Assembly: GCF_963921235.1 (NCBI RefSeq) | Contig: NC_086108.1 | Location: 87,422,001-87,486,000 of the forward strand | Origin: Mobula hypostoma | Lineage: Eukaryota | Direction: 5' to 3' | Length of the DNA: 64,000 nucleotides | Part shown: one piece after another, positions 13,456 to 26,975 of the stretch | Layout of the letters: each line of letters begins with the position of its first letter | Position numbering within the stretch: position 1 is the stretch's first letter | Notes under the pieces: model-generated | The model's input: the letters and a program-made list of their open reading frames with translations, nothing else | The model's database searches: none | What the model was told of the DNA's origin: nothing | Translations under genes and position numbers: made by a program

Positions 13456-14228
13456 TGGTCTGTTCAAGACTTCAAATGTGCCAGGTTTTGGAAGAGTTGA
13501 AATTTAGTACCACTGATTTTCCATCATGTTTTCTCTGCCCCTATCCCAATCATTCAGTCCTCATTCAACCCTCTGCTGGCAACTTAGCTCTTTAACTTTT
13601 CCCTAGTTGTGATGAAAATTTACTGACTTGATACGTCATATTTGTCCATCTCTCCAAAAATGTTGCCTAGTATGCTGAATTTTACCAGCATTTTCCATTG
13701 TGTTTAATACCTGTTGATACATTTCTTAATTGTAAGTCATATGTTTACATATCCCATATCTATCTTTAGGGCACTTGTTCTAAAGACTGTTAGATTTTTA
13801 GATTTTAAAGGGAATATATGGTTAGATCAGAAAAGCGGAGCTGAAGTAAGATGTTTTTGATCTTATTGAATGGCAGAAAAGGTACAAGAGGTGGAATGGC
13901 CTACTTCTGCTTCCATTTCCCAAGTCCCTGTTTTATCTGCTACTATTGCCACACAACAGGTTAAGATGTAAATCCAGAAAAGGCTTGCAAGAATGTTGCC
14001 TGGATTGGAAGGCCTGAGTTATTAGGAGAGAGTGGTTAGGTTGGGTCAATTTTCACTGGAGTAAAAGGAAGCTGAAAAGTGTCATTATGGAGGGACATAA
14101 AATGTAAACAGGCTGTTTGCCAAGACAGGCCTGTCGAAAACTAGAATATGGAGGTTTAATGAGAGATGGTAGAGGTTGATAGGGGATCTAAGGGTTAAAC
14201 TTTTCACATAAGGAACGGGCCAAGCTTA

Positions 14229-15006
14229 GGGAGGAGGAGCTTAGGAGGGTTAATGGCACCTAATGGCGAGTCCTTTGCTTACATCTTCGGAAACAGCTCT
14301 ATTTCCATCTTTAATATCTCTATTTTTCCCTTTCAGGGTTCTTTTGAAGACCCTGACCTGGAGTTACACGCTGACTTGGTTCTTAGCAGGAATGGGACCC
14401 GCTCTTGTGGTTTCACAACTGGTCGTTGTTCAGCACACAAAGGGCTGGGCCAAAGACCTACACTTTCCTCAGAGGTCCAAGATCTCATGGCCCTGGAGGT
14501 GGGGGGTGGGCGGGGGGGATCAGAGGTCAGTGCCTCTGCAGATCAATGGAGATGGAAAATCTTCGGCTGTGTGCCCAGAGACCCGAGATCTTTGGGCACA
14601 GAACTCGGAAAAAGTGATACAATGGACTTTTAACATCACAAACCAGCGAGTTGTTTGTTATGTCTCTCCTCCCGCTGTGAAACGGAGACACCTCTTTCTC
14701 CCTTATTAGGGAGAGAGAGAGAGTATGTGGTATGTCAAATGCCGGATGAACAATGTAGTCTTTGGAGTAACGCAGGTCTACGTCTTTGCTGTTGCTTTGC
14801 TCACACTTGAGCGCTTGATGGTGGGTGCTGATGCTTTTTTTGCCGGTGGGGGGAGGGGGGACTGTCGCTTGCTACCGTTTATGCGGGGGAAGAAGGGGAC
14901 ATTGGGGTTCAACATTTAACTGTCGTCCATTCTTTGGGGGCACTCCTCTGTTTTCATGGATGGTTGCAAAGAAAAAGTATTCCAGGACATTAAATGTACC
15001 TTTGAA
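14229..15006 (+). mobile_element. Probable non-autonomous retroposon between CR1 relics
   Basis: CpG-retaining, GC-rich block with sharp edges, ending ATTAAATGTACCTTTGAA. No coherent ORF. Confidence 0.5.
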
Positions 15007-15009
15007 GAT

Positions 15010-15330
15010 GGAGTGGATGTGCTAGAGTGGGGGAGTCTAGGACCAGACAGCACAGCCTCAGAATAGAGTGACATCTATTTAAAACAGAGATGAGGAAGAA
15101 TTTCTTTAGCCAGAGGGTAGTGAATCTGTGGAATTCATTGCCACAGAGGGCTGTGGAGGCCAAGTCATTGGCAGAGGTCAATAGGCTCTGAAATCGTCAG
15201 GACATCAAAGGTTACAGGGAGAAGGCAAGAGAATGGGGTTGCGAGCGATAATAAATCAGCCATGATGGAATACTGGAACAGGCTCGATGGGCTGAATGGA
15301 TTAGTGCTGCTCCTGTGTCTCATGGTTTTA
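15010..15330 (+). mobile_element. CR1 3' fragment
   Basis: gagtctaggaccaga...tttagccagagggtagtgaatctgtggaattc; same subfamily as 1-800. Confidence 0.85.
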
Positions 15331-15517
15331 TGGAGCTGGCAAAGGAGGTGGTGGAGACAGGAACAGTAAAAAATCCAAGGGATATTCCGATTGCTACTTA
15401 AGTTAGCAGTGCATAGAGTATTTAATGTAGGGTGGACAGTATAGATGCTCTAGACTGAAGGGTCTATGCTAGGTAATTCTAGAACCCTGATGATTTCAAG
15501 CTTATTCTCTAATTTCC

Positions 15518-16160
15518 ATAAGACCATAAACTATAAGACATAGGAGCAGAATTAGGCCATTTGGCCCATCGAGTCTTCTCCACCATTCACTCATGGCTGA
15601 TCCTTTGTTCCCTTCCTCAATCCCATTCCCCAGCCTTCTCCCCATAACCTTTGATGCTGTGTCCAATCAAGAACCTATCAATCTCTGCCTTAAATACATC
15701 CAATGACCAGGCCTCCACAGCTGCAAATTCCACAAATTCACCAGCTCTGGCTAAAGAAATTTCTCCGCATCGCTGTTATAAATGGACACCTCTCTATCCA
15801 GAGGCTGTGCCCCCTTGTCCTAGAATCCCCCACCATGGGAAACATCCTTTCCACATCTACTCTGTCTAGGCCTTTCAGCATTCGAAAGATTTCAATGAGA
15901 TCCCCCTCATCCTTTTAAATTCCAATGAGTACAGACCCAGAGCCATCAAACATTCCTCATATGATAGACCTTTCAATCCTGGAATCATCCTTGTGAACTG
16001 ACTCTGGACCCTTTCCAATGTCAGCACATCTTTTCATAGATGAGGAGCCCAAAACTATTCACAATACTCAAGCTGAGGCCTCACCAGTGCCTTATAAAGC
16101 CTTGGCATCACATCCCTGCTCTTGTATTCTAGACCTCTTGAAATGAATGCTAACACTGCA
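15518..16160 (-). mobile_element. CR1 3' fragment
   Basis: cataagac tail repeats; closely similar to window positions 1-575. Confidence 0.88.
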
Positions 16161-16199
16161 AACAGTCAAACATGCTGTACTTACGCTCGCAGGGGTGAA

Positions 16200-18535
16200 G
16201 CGGACAGCTAAAAGAGACGAGAGGCTGCCAAGCGCTCATGCACCGTGTCAACCACACAGTCCAACGCGTCCATGGTGAGAGCGGCCGGTGCGTCTGGGAG
16301 GGGGTGCGTCAGCAGTTTTGCATTAGACAATGCCTGCTCGGTGTCCGAGAATGCCTTGGACCTTTCCTTCGTCCAGTCCAGGAAATGCTTGGCCGATTTG
16401 CCCTTACGGGCCTCATAGTGGGGGCACACGAGCTGAGCCACTTTGGGGACAAAATGGTGATAAAAGTTCACCATGCCCAAAAACTCCTGCAGGGCCTTAA
16501 CAGTGACTGGTTACAAGGGGAGAACTTAACGGCTTCAACTTTAGGCGGCAGGGGAACCGTTCCTGCTGCATTGATGTGGTGTCCAAGGAAATCGACCAAA
16601 TTGGCACTTTGCTGGGTTGACAATAAGACCGTGCTGTCCAAGGCATTCGAAAAGGGTTCAAGTGTAAGAGATGCTCATCCCTAGAAGAGCTGGCTACCAA
16701 AATGTCATTTAGGTAAACAAACAGGAATGGCAAATCCCTGAAAACACAGTCTATGAGGCGCTGAAAATCTGGGTCGCGTTCTTCAGCCCGAATGGCATTC
16801 GAAAGAACTCAAACAAACCGAACGGTGTAATAACAGCAGGTTTAGGAATCTCACTTGGATGGACAGGGACTTGGTGATAACTGCGAACGAGGTCCATCTT
16901 CGAGAAAATGATTTTCCCTGCCAGGCGGGCAGAGAAATCCTGGACGCACAGGATCAGGTATTGGTCAGGGGTCGTGGCATCGTTGAGGCTGGGGTAAGCA
17001 CCACATGGATGCCTCCCGCCCCCGGGTTTTGCATGGTGTGGAGAGGGGAAGCCCATGGACTGCTGGACTGCCTGACAATGCCCAGGTGCTCCATGGCATC
17101 AGACTGAGCCCTGGCAACGGCTAGCTTCTCCAGGACAAGGCGCATAGTGCGGGCCTGAACGGGCAGGCCAGTGGTAAGGATGTGGCGCTCCACCCCATGT
17201 TTAGCGGTGGATAGGAGAAGGTGGGCTCAGTCAGGTCCGGGAACTCAGCGTGGAGGCGGAGGAAGTTGCCGGAGGCATAAAGGGTGCTGGACTGCTTTGA
17301 TGTGCCAGAGAGGGAGTAGAAAGTCTCTGTGTTGATGAAGCACCAGTTCTGGACATCACTGAGAAGGCTATTGGCATAGAGGAAGTCTGCCCCCGGCAGG
17401 AGTGACACACCGCCGCCAACACAAAATTCGAGTGGAACTTCTGCCATCTCACACTTACCAGAAGTCCGGATGGCACATCCATTCGCAGCCTCGAGAGATG
17501 TCCAAATTCCCCAGTTCGTATGTTCAACTTAGATGTGGGCAGGACGCTCACCTGAGCACCCATGTCACAGGAAAAATGACACCTGGAAACAGAGTCTGTA
17601 ACGAACAAACTGCCTGACCTGCCAACGCCCATTGCAGCTAACGGACGCCGGCCATTCCGTTTCCCGACTCCTTGAACCTGCAAGGTGGGCGGCACATCTT
17701 AGCTCTCGGCCCATAACACGCGTGGTAGAAACACAGGGTAGGTAGAGGACTGTCATTGAACTGCGGCGATCGTCTCATGTTCAAGTGGCGGCAAGGCGGC
17801 GAAGTCATCCAGCTGCATGGTCACACAGGCCCTCTTGGTTACGGAAAAAACCTCTCGCTAGAGCCTGGAGGTCTTTGAGGGGAGAGCCAGCCAGAGCGAC
17901 TGCACCTTGCCTGGTAGTTGTTGCAGGAAAAGTTCTCTGAAGATGAAACATAGCTGATGTCTGCCAAGGAGGAACAACATGTGATCCATTAACTCCAACG
18001 GATTGGAGTCACCTTAGCTGGCAGTGAGAGGTGCCGATGGGTGCGTTCAGACTCGGAAAGTTAGAAAGTCTCTAGAAGGAGTTGCTTAAGAGTCTCTTAC
18101 CAGCCTACTTCCAGGGGGTGCTGTAGGATGCTCATCACCCTAGTCGTCGTAGAGCTGTCTAATGCTGTGATGACGTAGTAATATTTCATGTCGTCCTGCG
18201 AGATTCCCCACACTGCGAACTGAGCCTCTGCCTGAGCGAACCAAACAGTGGCATGTTCCTGCCAGAATTCAGGGAGCTTGAGAGCAACAGCATCTGCAGT
18301 CATGATTGTGAAACGAGCGAAATCACTCCGGAATCATCCAGAGAACCGTCGGGTTCACCAACGTAGGAGTGTCGACAAAAATCGACACGAGTGTAAATAC
18401 TTCCAACATACACTTTATTGAGCCCGCCAACAAATGGCGATATCGTATATATATCAGAAAAACCTTGCCCCCAAAACGTAATAACGTACAACAAAATGCA
18501 ACACGTAACATACACGGTGAATTTAACCCTTAACA
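16200..18535 (-). mobile_element. 3'-truncated Gypsy LTR retrotransposon (5' LTR, PBS, gag, PR, RT, part of RNaseH)
   Basis: LTR 18535-18362 (TGTTAAG...TACG, contains AATAAA). PBS TGGTGAACCCGAC resembles the tRNA-Trp PBS TGGTGACCCCGAC. gag KLPEFW..WFAQAEAQF (18097-18303), protease CDMGAQVSV, RT FSKMDLVRSYHQVP..MPFGLKNA and YLNDILVAS. Confidence 0.92.
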
Positions 18536-20389
18536 GTCTGGGTGAATTCTGTCTACAAAGGGCATTTTTCACAGAATGAATGGCAGCTCTACAGATTTCT
18601 ACTTAAAATTCAAGATTCAAATTTATTTACCACATGGACATCAAAACATACAGAGAAATGCCCCTTTTTAACAACCAACATACCTCAGGGTGTGCTGTGG
18701 GCAGCCTGCAAGTCTGGCAAATATTCTGGCTCAAACATAACATGCCCACAGCGCTCTGCAAAAGAACACAGAACACAATGAGCGACAAAACGACAGCAAA
18801 ACAAGCCCCATTTCTCTCCCTCTCTCTCTGAGAGACACACACCCGGCTCGCACTTGCGGACACTGGGCCTGCGACTTCCCCAGCACAGTCACCCCGAGAT
18901 TCTCAGACTCAGACTCCAAAACACGGGTCTCTAATTTCAGACTTCCAAATCGACCTTACTCCATAAGGTAAATGGTAGAAACATGAACGTGAGCTGAAAG
19001 CATTAGGAAGTTAAATCATGGTTACAGAGTGCAAATTATAACCAAGTTGTTTTACAGTATTTGTGACCTGAAATCCTTGCCGTCAAATCGACTGAAAGGG
19101 AAACAGAATGGGAGCGGGCCGCTGAGCGGTGCTGTGGAGCGCACAATTGTGCCGAGTGAATGTGAGCTGTTAGTGGAAGGTAAATGAGTAACACAGTCGG
19201 TGGAATGAGTATTAGTACGCTTTCAGAAAAGTATTTTATGGATAAAATTTTCCCTCTGATGTTTTGTTTTTGTTTTATAGGAGCTATATTTTTAAGATGA
19301 TATGTGCGGGTTAAGTGTGTGTTCTGCATATTAATTAACGGAATGAAGTACGAGTAGGCCTCCGTTTTCTTCAGCCCTGTTTGCTTGTTATCCTGCTGGC
19401 AGGACGCTGTGATAGGGAGGATCATTAAATTTAGTGCTGGCATTCCGGGGCCTACTCTTGAATGCAGATAAGGACAGAAAAGAATTTAAGGATCTGTAGT
19501 TATTTGCAGGTATATTGTTAACTGTTTTGGAATTTACTAATTGATAGTAGTTTTGGTTGAAAATATCTAAAGAATCTCACATTTACTTTATAGGCACAGT
19601 CACTCCCTTAATGAGTAAAAAGGACAGATTTTTGCAGAAAATCAAATCTAATCATGTAATTATTTTTATCTTTTTGAGTTTGACAGAATTGACAAAATCA
19701 GAAGTAAGGTTTTGTACTTTTGGAAATGGACGTGCATGGGACAAGAAAGGTGGACATGGGTAGGGGAAGTTTCAAAGGCTTCATAAAGGAAGGTGATTTT
19801 TGAAAGGCTTTTGGAGGCAGAGAATGGTGAATGGGGAAAGAATTCCAGAGAACAGGGTGTAGTGGTATGAGAGAGTTGGGTGAATCAGCAATTAACCACC
19901 GTCGGATGAGTGGAACTTGCTGGCTGTGATGTTTAACCGGTTGAAATTGCTCACAGACGGCAGAGTAAGGCTGCAAACAATCTGCAAGTTTTCCACGCTG
20001 AAGTATGTGGACAAATGATTGAGCTACAAAGAGACAGTCTAGATTCTCCAGGGGCAAAAAAAAACCCTGTCTAGATGATGGACCAGACATGCAGTGAAAA
20101 TACAGAGATTGTTTGTCACTGGATTTAAGTGACCAGTCAAACAGATTAATGAAGCCAGAGCCATTTAGCTGTTGGGTAGGGAAAAGATGGTGGCCAATGT
20201 TCAGAGGCAAAATTTGTCAATTTTGGTTGTCTCTTTCTTAAGCTTCCACACCCACCTTGTCTGCCATAACCTATGTGGTTCTGTGGAAGAGCTTATCTGA
20301 CAATATCCACATGAAGCATTTTATGATATTAAGAGTATAAGATACATAATTTTGAGGCTGGAGACCAGAACTCACAGAGGAAACTTAGG

Positions 20390-20490
20390 CTGGGGAGAGT
20401 GTACAAACTCCTTACAGGCAGTGGCAGGAATTGAGCCTGGGTCATCTGTACTGTAAAGCTTTGTGCAAGCCACTGTGCTACTGTGCTGCA
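20390..20490 (-). mobile_element. tRNA-derived SINE head (V-SINE/HE1-like)
   Basis: Reverse complement matches the SINE heads at 27753, 36611 and 54660. Confidence 0.55.
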
Positions 20491-20639
20491 TACTTATGTA
20501 AGCAAGGAAAAACTGTTAATGTAAGTGAGGAAGGAGAATCTAATGTAGGATATGCAGTAGCTACATTGAGATAGATTGAAATGATTATTCGTAGGAATGA
20601 TCCTGAGAATAAAAAGCTTAAAGCTTTTAATGTTTCTCA

Positions 20640-21040
20640 GCCTGTACAAGATGGAGTTCAGAAGGATGAGGGAGAGATCTCATTGAAAACTCCCAAATAT
20701 TGAATGGCCTGGATAGAATGGGTGTGGAAAGGTTGTGTGCAGAGTCTAGGATTCAAGGGCACTGTGTCAGAGTAAAGGGACATCTCTTTAGAACTGACAT
20801 AAGGAGGGATTTCTACAGCCAAGAGGGTGGTGAATCTGTGGAATTTGTTGCCATGAAGAGCTGTGGAGGCTAAGTTATTGGTTGTGCTTACAGCAGAGTG
20901 ATAGCCTCTTGATTGGTAAGGGGTTAAGAGTTACGGGAAAAAGTTGGGAAGATGGGAGTTTAGAAAAAAAAACTCAGTCATGATTGATTGGCAAAACAGA
21001 TTTGATGGGCTGAATGGCCTAATTCTACTGCAATGTCTTA
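20640..21040 (+). mobile_element. CR1 3' fragment
   Basis: gagggtggtgaatctgtggaatt...gatgggctgaatggcctaattct. Confidence 0.8.
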
Positions 21041-22112
21041 AGGAATGCTCTAGGAATCAGGAAACCAAGGAAAGCCCCCCAAATGAATTGGCCATACCTG
21101 TGATATGTCAGACTCTTTTCCAAAATAATAAATCTGGGAAAAATTTTTGGTGCAGCTGAGAAATTTCTGTACATTTATGATCTAGTGTTATGTATGTGTG
21201 AACAACCAACAACAATAATATGCATTTATATACCACCCCTGCTCATGTTGTAAATATCTCAGCATGCTTCACATGAATGTGAAGAAATCACTTTGTGTGT
21301 TCTCTAAGTGCATCAGGTTTTCCAGCGAACCTACAAGGTTTTCAGGTAGAAGTGAGTCTTAAGTGATGTCTACAGAAATTGCACCCTTTTACAAGTATAG
21401 CAGTTGTAAAGTACCGCGTGCAGGTTTAAACTAAGAGGATATAAACCAAGCTACAAAGTTCCCAGACAAACAGGAATTAATCTGATGGATAGAATTTTTT
21501 GTTATGCCTTGTGGCCTTGAACTGGCATCGGGCTAATCAGAATAAGGTTATTGCATGGTGTACAACTCTTATCCTCATGTAAATAACATACAGTACTATG
21601 TAAATCAATGCCTGGCCTAATATCTCTTAATGTGACTCAATATCTTTTGTTTTTTTTCCCCATTACCCTGCTGTGAAGTGGCTCAGAACATTTGGCTACA
21701 TTAAGTATGAAATGCAAATTTTCTTTACTTGAATTCATAGAGGGAAAAAGTGCGTGCTACTTATTATTCCAATTGGCTGGTCTCCCACAGGGAGGTAGGT
21801 AGAAATAGCAGCATTTTCTGTTCCACTGGGGGGCAATCCGTTGTGACTAACAGGAAGAAATCATTTTGTGTGTTCTCTAAGTGGCAGCTGCAGGTTGTAA
21901 GATTGTCTCCCTTTATATCATGGCTTGTGGACCCCACATGATCGACTGAGTGGGTGGGAATCCTCGATGGGATGCCACCAGTCTTGCCTCTTGCACTGAC
22001 ATCAGGATGCAGTGAAGTAAGGCAGCCGTTCAGAGACACACAGCACACAACATGTCTTTGGCCCAACTCATGCCAACCAAGATGACCATAATTGGCCCAT
22101 ATCCCTCTAAAG

Positions 22113-22193
22113 CAGGGGTTCCCAACCTGATATCCACGAACCCCTCCATTAATTGTCAGGGCCCATGGCAAAAAAAAAGGTTGGGAACCCCTG
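22113..22193. mobile_element. hAT-Charlie-like MITE, 81 bp
   Basis: TIRs CAGGGGTTCCCAACC / GGTTGGGAACCCCTG. Degenerate 8-bp TSD CTCTAAAG / ATCTAAAC. Confidence 0.85.
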
Positions 22194-22728
22194 ATCTAAA
22201 CCTTTCTTATCCATTTGCCTATCCAAGTGTCTTTTAATTGTTGTTTTTGTATCTGTCTTAACTACTCCCTCTGGCTAGTGTGTTCCATTTACAGACAATC
22301 CTCTGCATGATGACATTGCCCCACAGCTCTCTTAAGTCTCTCCCTTCTCACCTTAAATCAATGCCCTCTGGTATGCCTTGGGGAAAAAGGACTGTACATT
22401 CGCCTGTCTATGCGCCTCGTGATTTTATACATGCCTGTAAGGTCACCCGTCCACCCTATGCTCCAAGGAATAAAGTCCAAGCCTGCCTAAGCTCTTTTTT
22501 TAACTCAGGCCCACGTGTCCTGACAAACTTTGTACTTATGAATCTACTTTGTACTCATTCCAGCTTAATGACATATTTCCTGTTACTGAAACTTCGTACA
22601 GTACTCTAGGTGCAGTCTCACCAATGTCTTGTACAACTGCAACATAACGTCCCAACTCTTGAGCTTGAAGGCCAGCATGCCAGATATCTCCACTACTTTG
22701 TCCATTTGTGATACCCAAAGGCTTTTTA

Positions 22729-23665
22729 CATAGAACATAGAATAGTACAGCACAGTACAGGCCCTTTGGCCCACAATGTTGTGCCGACCCTCAAACCCTG
22801 CCTCCCATATAACCCCCCACCTTAAATTCCTCCATATACCTGTCTAGTAGTCTCTTAAACTTCACTAGTGTATCTGCCTCCACCACTGACTCAGGCAGTG
22901 CATTCCATGCACCAACCACACTCTGAGTAAAAAACCTTCCTCTAATATCCCCCTTGAACTTCCCACCCCCTACCTTAAAGCCATGTCCTCTTGTATTGAG
23001 CAGTGGTGCCCTGGGGAAGAGGCGCTGGCTATCCACTCTATCTATTCCTCTTATTATCTTGTACATCTCTATCATGTCTCCTCTCATCCTCCTTCTCTCC
23101 AAAGAGTAAAGCCCTAGCTCCCTTAATCTCTGATCATAATGCATACTCTCTAAACCAGGCAGCATCCTGGTAAATCTCCTCTGTACCCTTTCCAATGCTT
23201 CCTCATCCTTCCTATAGTGAGGCAACCAGAACTGGACACAGTACTCCAAGTGTGGCCTAACCAGAGTTTTATAGAGCTGCATCATTACATCGTGACTCTT
23301 AAACTCGATCCCTCGACTTATGAAAGCTAACACCCCATAAGCTTTCTTAACTACCCTATCCACCTGTGAGGCAACTTTCAGGGATCTGTGGACATGTACC
23401 CCGAGATCCCTCTGCTCCTCCACACTACCAAGTATCCTGCCATTTACTTTGTACTCTGCCGTGGAGTTTGTCCTTCCAAAGTGTACCACCTCACACTTCT
23501 CCGGGTTGAACTCCATCTGCCACTTCTCAGCCCACTTCTGCATCCTATCAATGTCTCTCTGCAATCTTCGACAATCCTCTACACTATCTATAACACCACC
23601 AACCTTTGTGTCGTCTGCAAACTTGCCAACCCACCCTTCTACCCCCACATCCAGGTCGTTAATAA
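22729..23665 (-). mobile_element. Young 5'-truncated CR1 LINE
   Basis: Uninterrupted 285-aa RT C-terminal ORF 22791-23648 (KFADDTK, LEYCVQFW). catagaa tail repeats. Confidence 0.95.
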
Positions 23666-25234
23666 AATATGTTTGTTCAATTCTGTTGTAATTGGACAGA
23701 TAGGAAACTCAGCAGAACATGAATCCACCTCAGTCCCCTTCACCAGACCTGCAGATGACGGGAACATTCTTGCCTCAGGCCTTGAAAAGGTTTTGTAAAT
23801 GGCTGTTCCATCCCTAAAATTATTTTGCAAACAACCTGACTTTGTGCACTTTCGTCATTGTTTAATGCCACCTTCAGTTAGTAGGTCCAAAATAGACCCC
23901 AAACCTTGCCAGCAACTTTAATTTCAATTTCATCTCACAATTGCACTTCGACAGAGATCTCAGGGTCATACTGACAAATGTAAAATGATGCCTTCTACTC
24001 GCCAATTCTCTAAGTCCTGTCTTTTTCATCTATTTGTTGAAAATAATCATCTTCAGCAGTTATCATTGACGTTTTCTTTGCACCCCCCCCCAATTCTTTT
24101 CGAGCTTCTTTTCTAAGTGCTTTGTTGTTATGGCAACCCTAGCAGGTTCTGTTTAATGTAAGAAGATGTTTGGCCCCAAGGTCTTCTGCTAGAATGACTT
24201 AATTTAAAACTGGTATGGGGTTGATTCATTTAAGTCAATTTATATGCAAGAGAGTGAACAAAAATATCAATAATATATCAACTGCCAAGTTCCAGAACTC
24301 TGGAATTTTAATCTTCATTGATGGAATAACATTTAATAATTAACCATAAAAGTTAACAATTGTAGAATTCATTATCTCCCACTCTCACTGTGTCAGTGTT
24401 GAGATAGTTGTGCTGTGTTTCTTCTGTCGTCCTTTCTACAAGAATAATAGGTAATTATACCTATATGTTGTCAGCTCTAGGCAATTTGCTGCCGTTTTCT
24501 CTCATGCACACTGGCAAGAGCTTTGGTGTGGTAGAGGATAATGTTTGTTGAGCGTGTTTTGCTGGCATATATTAGGTGAAATGGAGCCTAGTCCAGATCA
24601 ATATACAGCTCCCCAGAGAAGAATCTCATTATGTGTTAACCTTTGTGATAAAAAAGGACTCAAATCCAAAGCCCTTGTAAATTCCACTCAACGGATAACA
24701 TTTGTGCTGCTGCCTTCTTCGGCAGTCCTTTGGGTTAAAGACGACCTGCATCATGTCGATTGTGTATACCCCTCCAGCATTTTGTGTGTGTGTTGCCAGC
24801 ATCTGCAGAATCTCTTGTGAATCAGGGGTTTGGTCCAATGCAGTCCTGCTGGTTCAGAAGAAGCCAATGAGACTATTGAGGGGACTGCAGCATGGGCCAC
24901 CAAAGCATTGATCCTTAATGAGGTGGGTGGTTGGGTAGGTGGTGTGTGCTCCTTCTTCTGTCCTTTAATGGTCTCATTAGAGGTGCTGAGGCCAATGTGG
25001 GGCCCACAGATGTTGCTACAGGTGGGCCCAGAAGTGCAAGGGGCAACTTAGGAAGTGGTGCACTTAGTCTGCCTTTCAGGCTGCCCTCCAGGCTCCTGGC
25101 AGAGGGACACATTGTGCTTCCTCGATATTCGCATAGGCCAGGGATTAAATTGGTGAGGATGTTACATTTTCTCAAGGGTGCTTTGTGAATGACCTGGAAA
25201 TGTTTTCCATATTATTCTGGGAATCTCCAGCTAG

Positions 25235-25430
25235 CGGTAGGAGTTTGGCAGGCCACATCTATGGAAGGAAATAAACAGTTGACGTTTCTGACTGAGACCC
25301 TTCATGAGGGATGGAAAAGGAAGGGGGCAAAATGTCAATCGTTTATTCCCCTCCATAGATGCTACATGACGTGCTGAGTTCCTCCAACATTTTGTGTGTG
25401 TTGTCAGTATGTGCAGAACCTCTTGTGTTT
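25235..25430. mobile_element. Penelope pseudo-LTR inverted pair (old)
   Basis: Minus arm catctatgga..gttgacgtttctgactgagacccttcatgagg and plus arm aaaatgtcaatc..ccatagatgc..cattttgtgtgtgttg. Confidence 0.75.
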
Positions 25431-26587
25431 CAGGGGTTTGGAGTCAGGTGTGGGAATGATGTGGTCGGTCTAGAAGAGCTGACTGAGATGGATCATAGCT
25501 GCCGTGTGTGAGATGCCGGCCTGAACATCCGCTACATTTACATAGGCGATTAAAGATTCGTTTTATTTTTCACATCTACATTAAAACATCGAAACATACA
25601 GTGAAATGCGTTATTTGTATCAATGACCAACAGTCTGAAGATTGTGCAGGGGGCAGGCCGAATGTGTCGCCACACTTCTGGTGCTAACACATGATGCCCT
25701 CAGCTAACCCTAACCATGCGTCTTTGGGACGTGGGAGAGAACCGAAGCATCTGGGGAAGACGCACGTGGTTCCAGGGAGAACATAGAAACTCCTTTGTAT
25801 GTCAATCGTTGATCACTGACACAGTGCTAACTGCCTCACTATTGTGGCTTCCCGAGAATGCCTTTAAAGGGTTCGACCTAAAGCTGAGCTGCATCGCCTC
25901 TTGGACACCCCTGGGGCCTTCAGGAGAGCCTGCATCTATCAGGCCCCTTTTGATCAGGATTCATCAGCTGTGACAGTGGCTGAATGCACCCTTGCCACCA
26001 GGAGTTTAAATTGATAATTAAACGTGTTGCTTTGGAAATCTGGCTGGTGAGCCAGGAATGGTTGGAATGTTGTCCTGGCTGGACAAAGTTCACTAATTCC
26101 CATTCTGTGACTTATATTGTTAGGACCAATGGTACTGACCCTGAGGGAGGTCAGAAGGGTGAGTTGTATGTCAAGGCCTGATGAACTCTATCAGCCTGTC
26201 CAGAGTAAGTATAAGTGAGCTCAATTGCAGGCAAGTTTAGGCTCCCCTCCCACCATTGGAAGTTGATGCCTAGTTGGTTGACAATTGGTCATACTGTACC
26301 CAATTTCTTCCAGTTGTGTTCTCTGTCTTTCTGAATAAGGAGTTTATTTCTGGTTAGCACACATGCCATAGAGGAATATAGCATTAAATAAGCCCACTAC
26401 ATCTATGCTGACATTGATGTCTACCTATACCAATCCTATTTTCCTGCATTATTTCCATATGCCTCCTTGCCCTGCTCATTCAGGTACCTGTCTAGGTGCC
26501 TCTTAAATGTTCCTTTTCATGCCATCGCTACTTTCTTCCTCCCAGATTCCTTTTAAACTTCACCCCCTCTCACCTTAAACCTATTTG

Positions 26588-26975
26588 GTATTGGAATTGG
26601 TTTATGGTTGTCACATGTATTGAGATCCAGTGAAGAGCATGCCTGCTGTTCATTACACGGTGCAGTGAGGTAAAATAATAAAAATGCAGAATGAAGTGTA
26701 GTGCTGGTAAACTATCAAGTGCGAGGTCATAACGAGGCACTTTGTGAGTCCAAAAGTCCATCTTGTCGTACAAGATTTAGGAGTCTGCTAATAGTGGGAT
26801 ATAAGTTGTCTTTGAGACCGGTGGTACCTGCATTCAGGCTTTTGTATCTTCTGCCCGATGGGGGAGGGGAGACGAGGGAAAGTTCAGGGTAGGTGAGGTC
26901 TTTGATTATGCTGGCTGCTTTACTGAGCCAGAGCAAAATACATATAGAGAGTCCATACAGGGAAGGCCGGTTCCT
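26588..26975 (-). mobile_element. Rex1/Babar-type LINE 3' fragment
   Basis: ORF 26727-26936 LSKAASIIKD..PSGRRYKSL..LKDNLYPTISRLLN. Related copies at ~35160-35710 and ~42330-42850. Confidence 0.75.
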
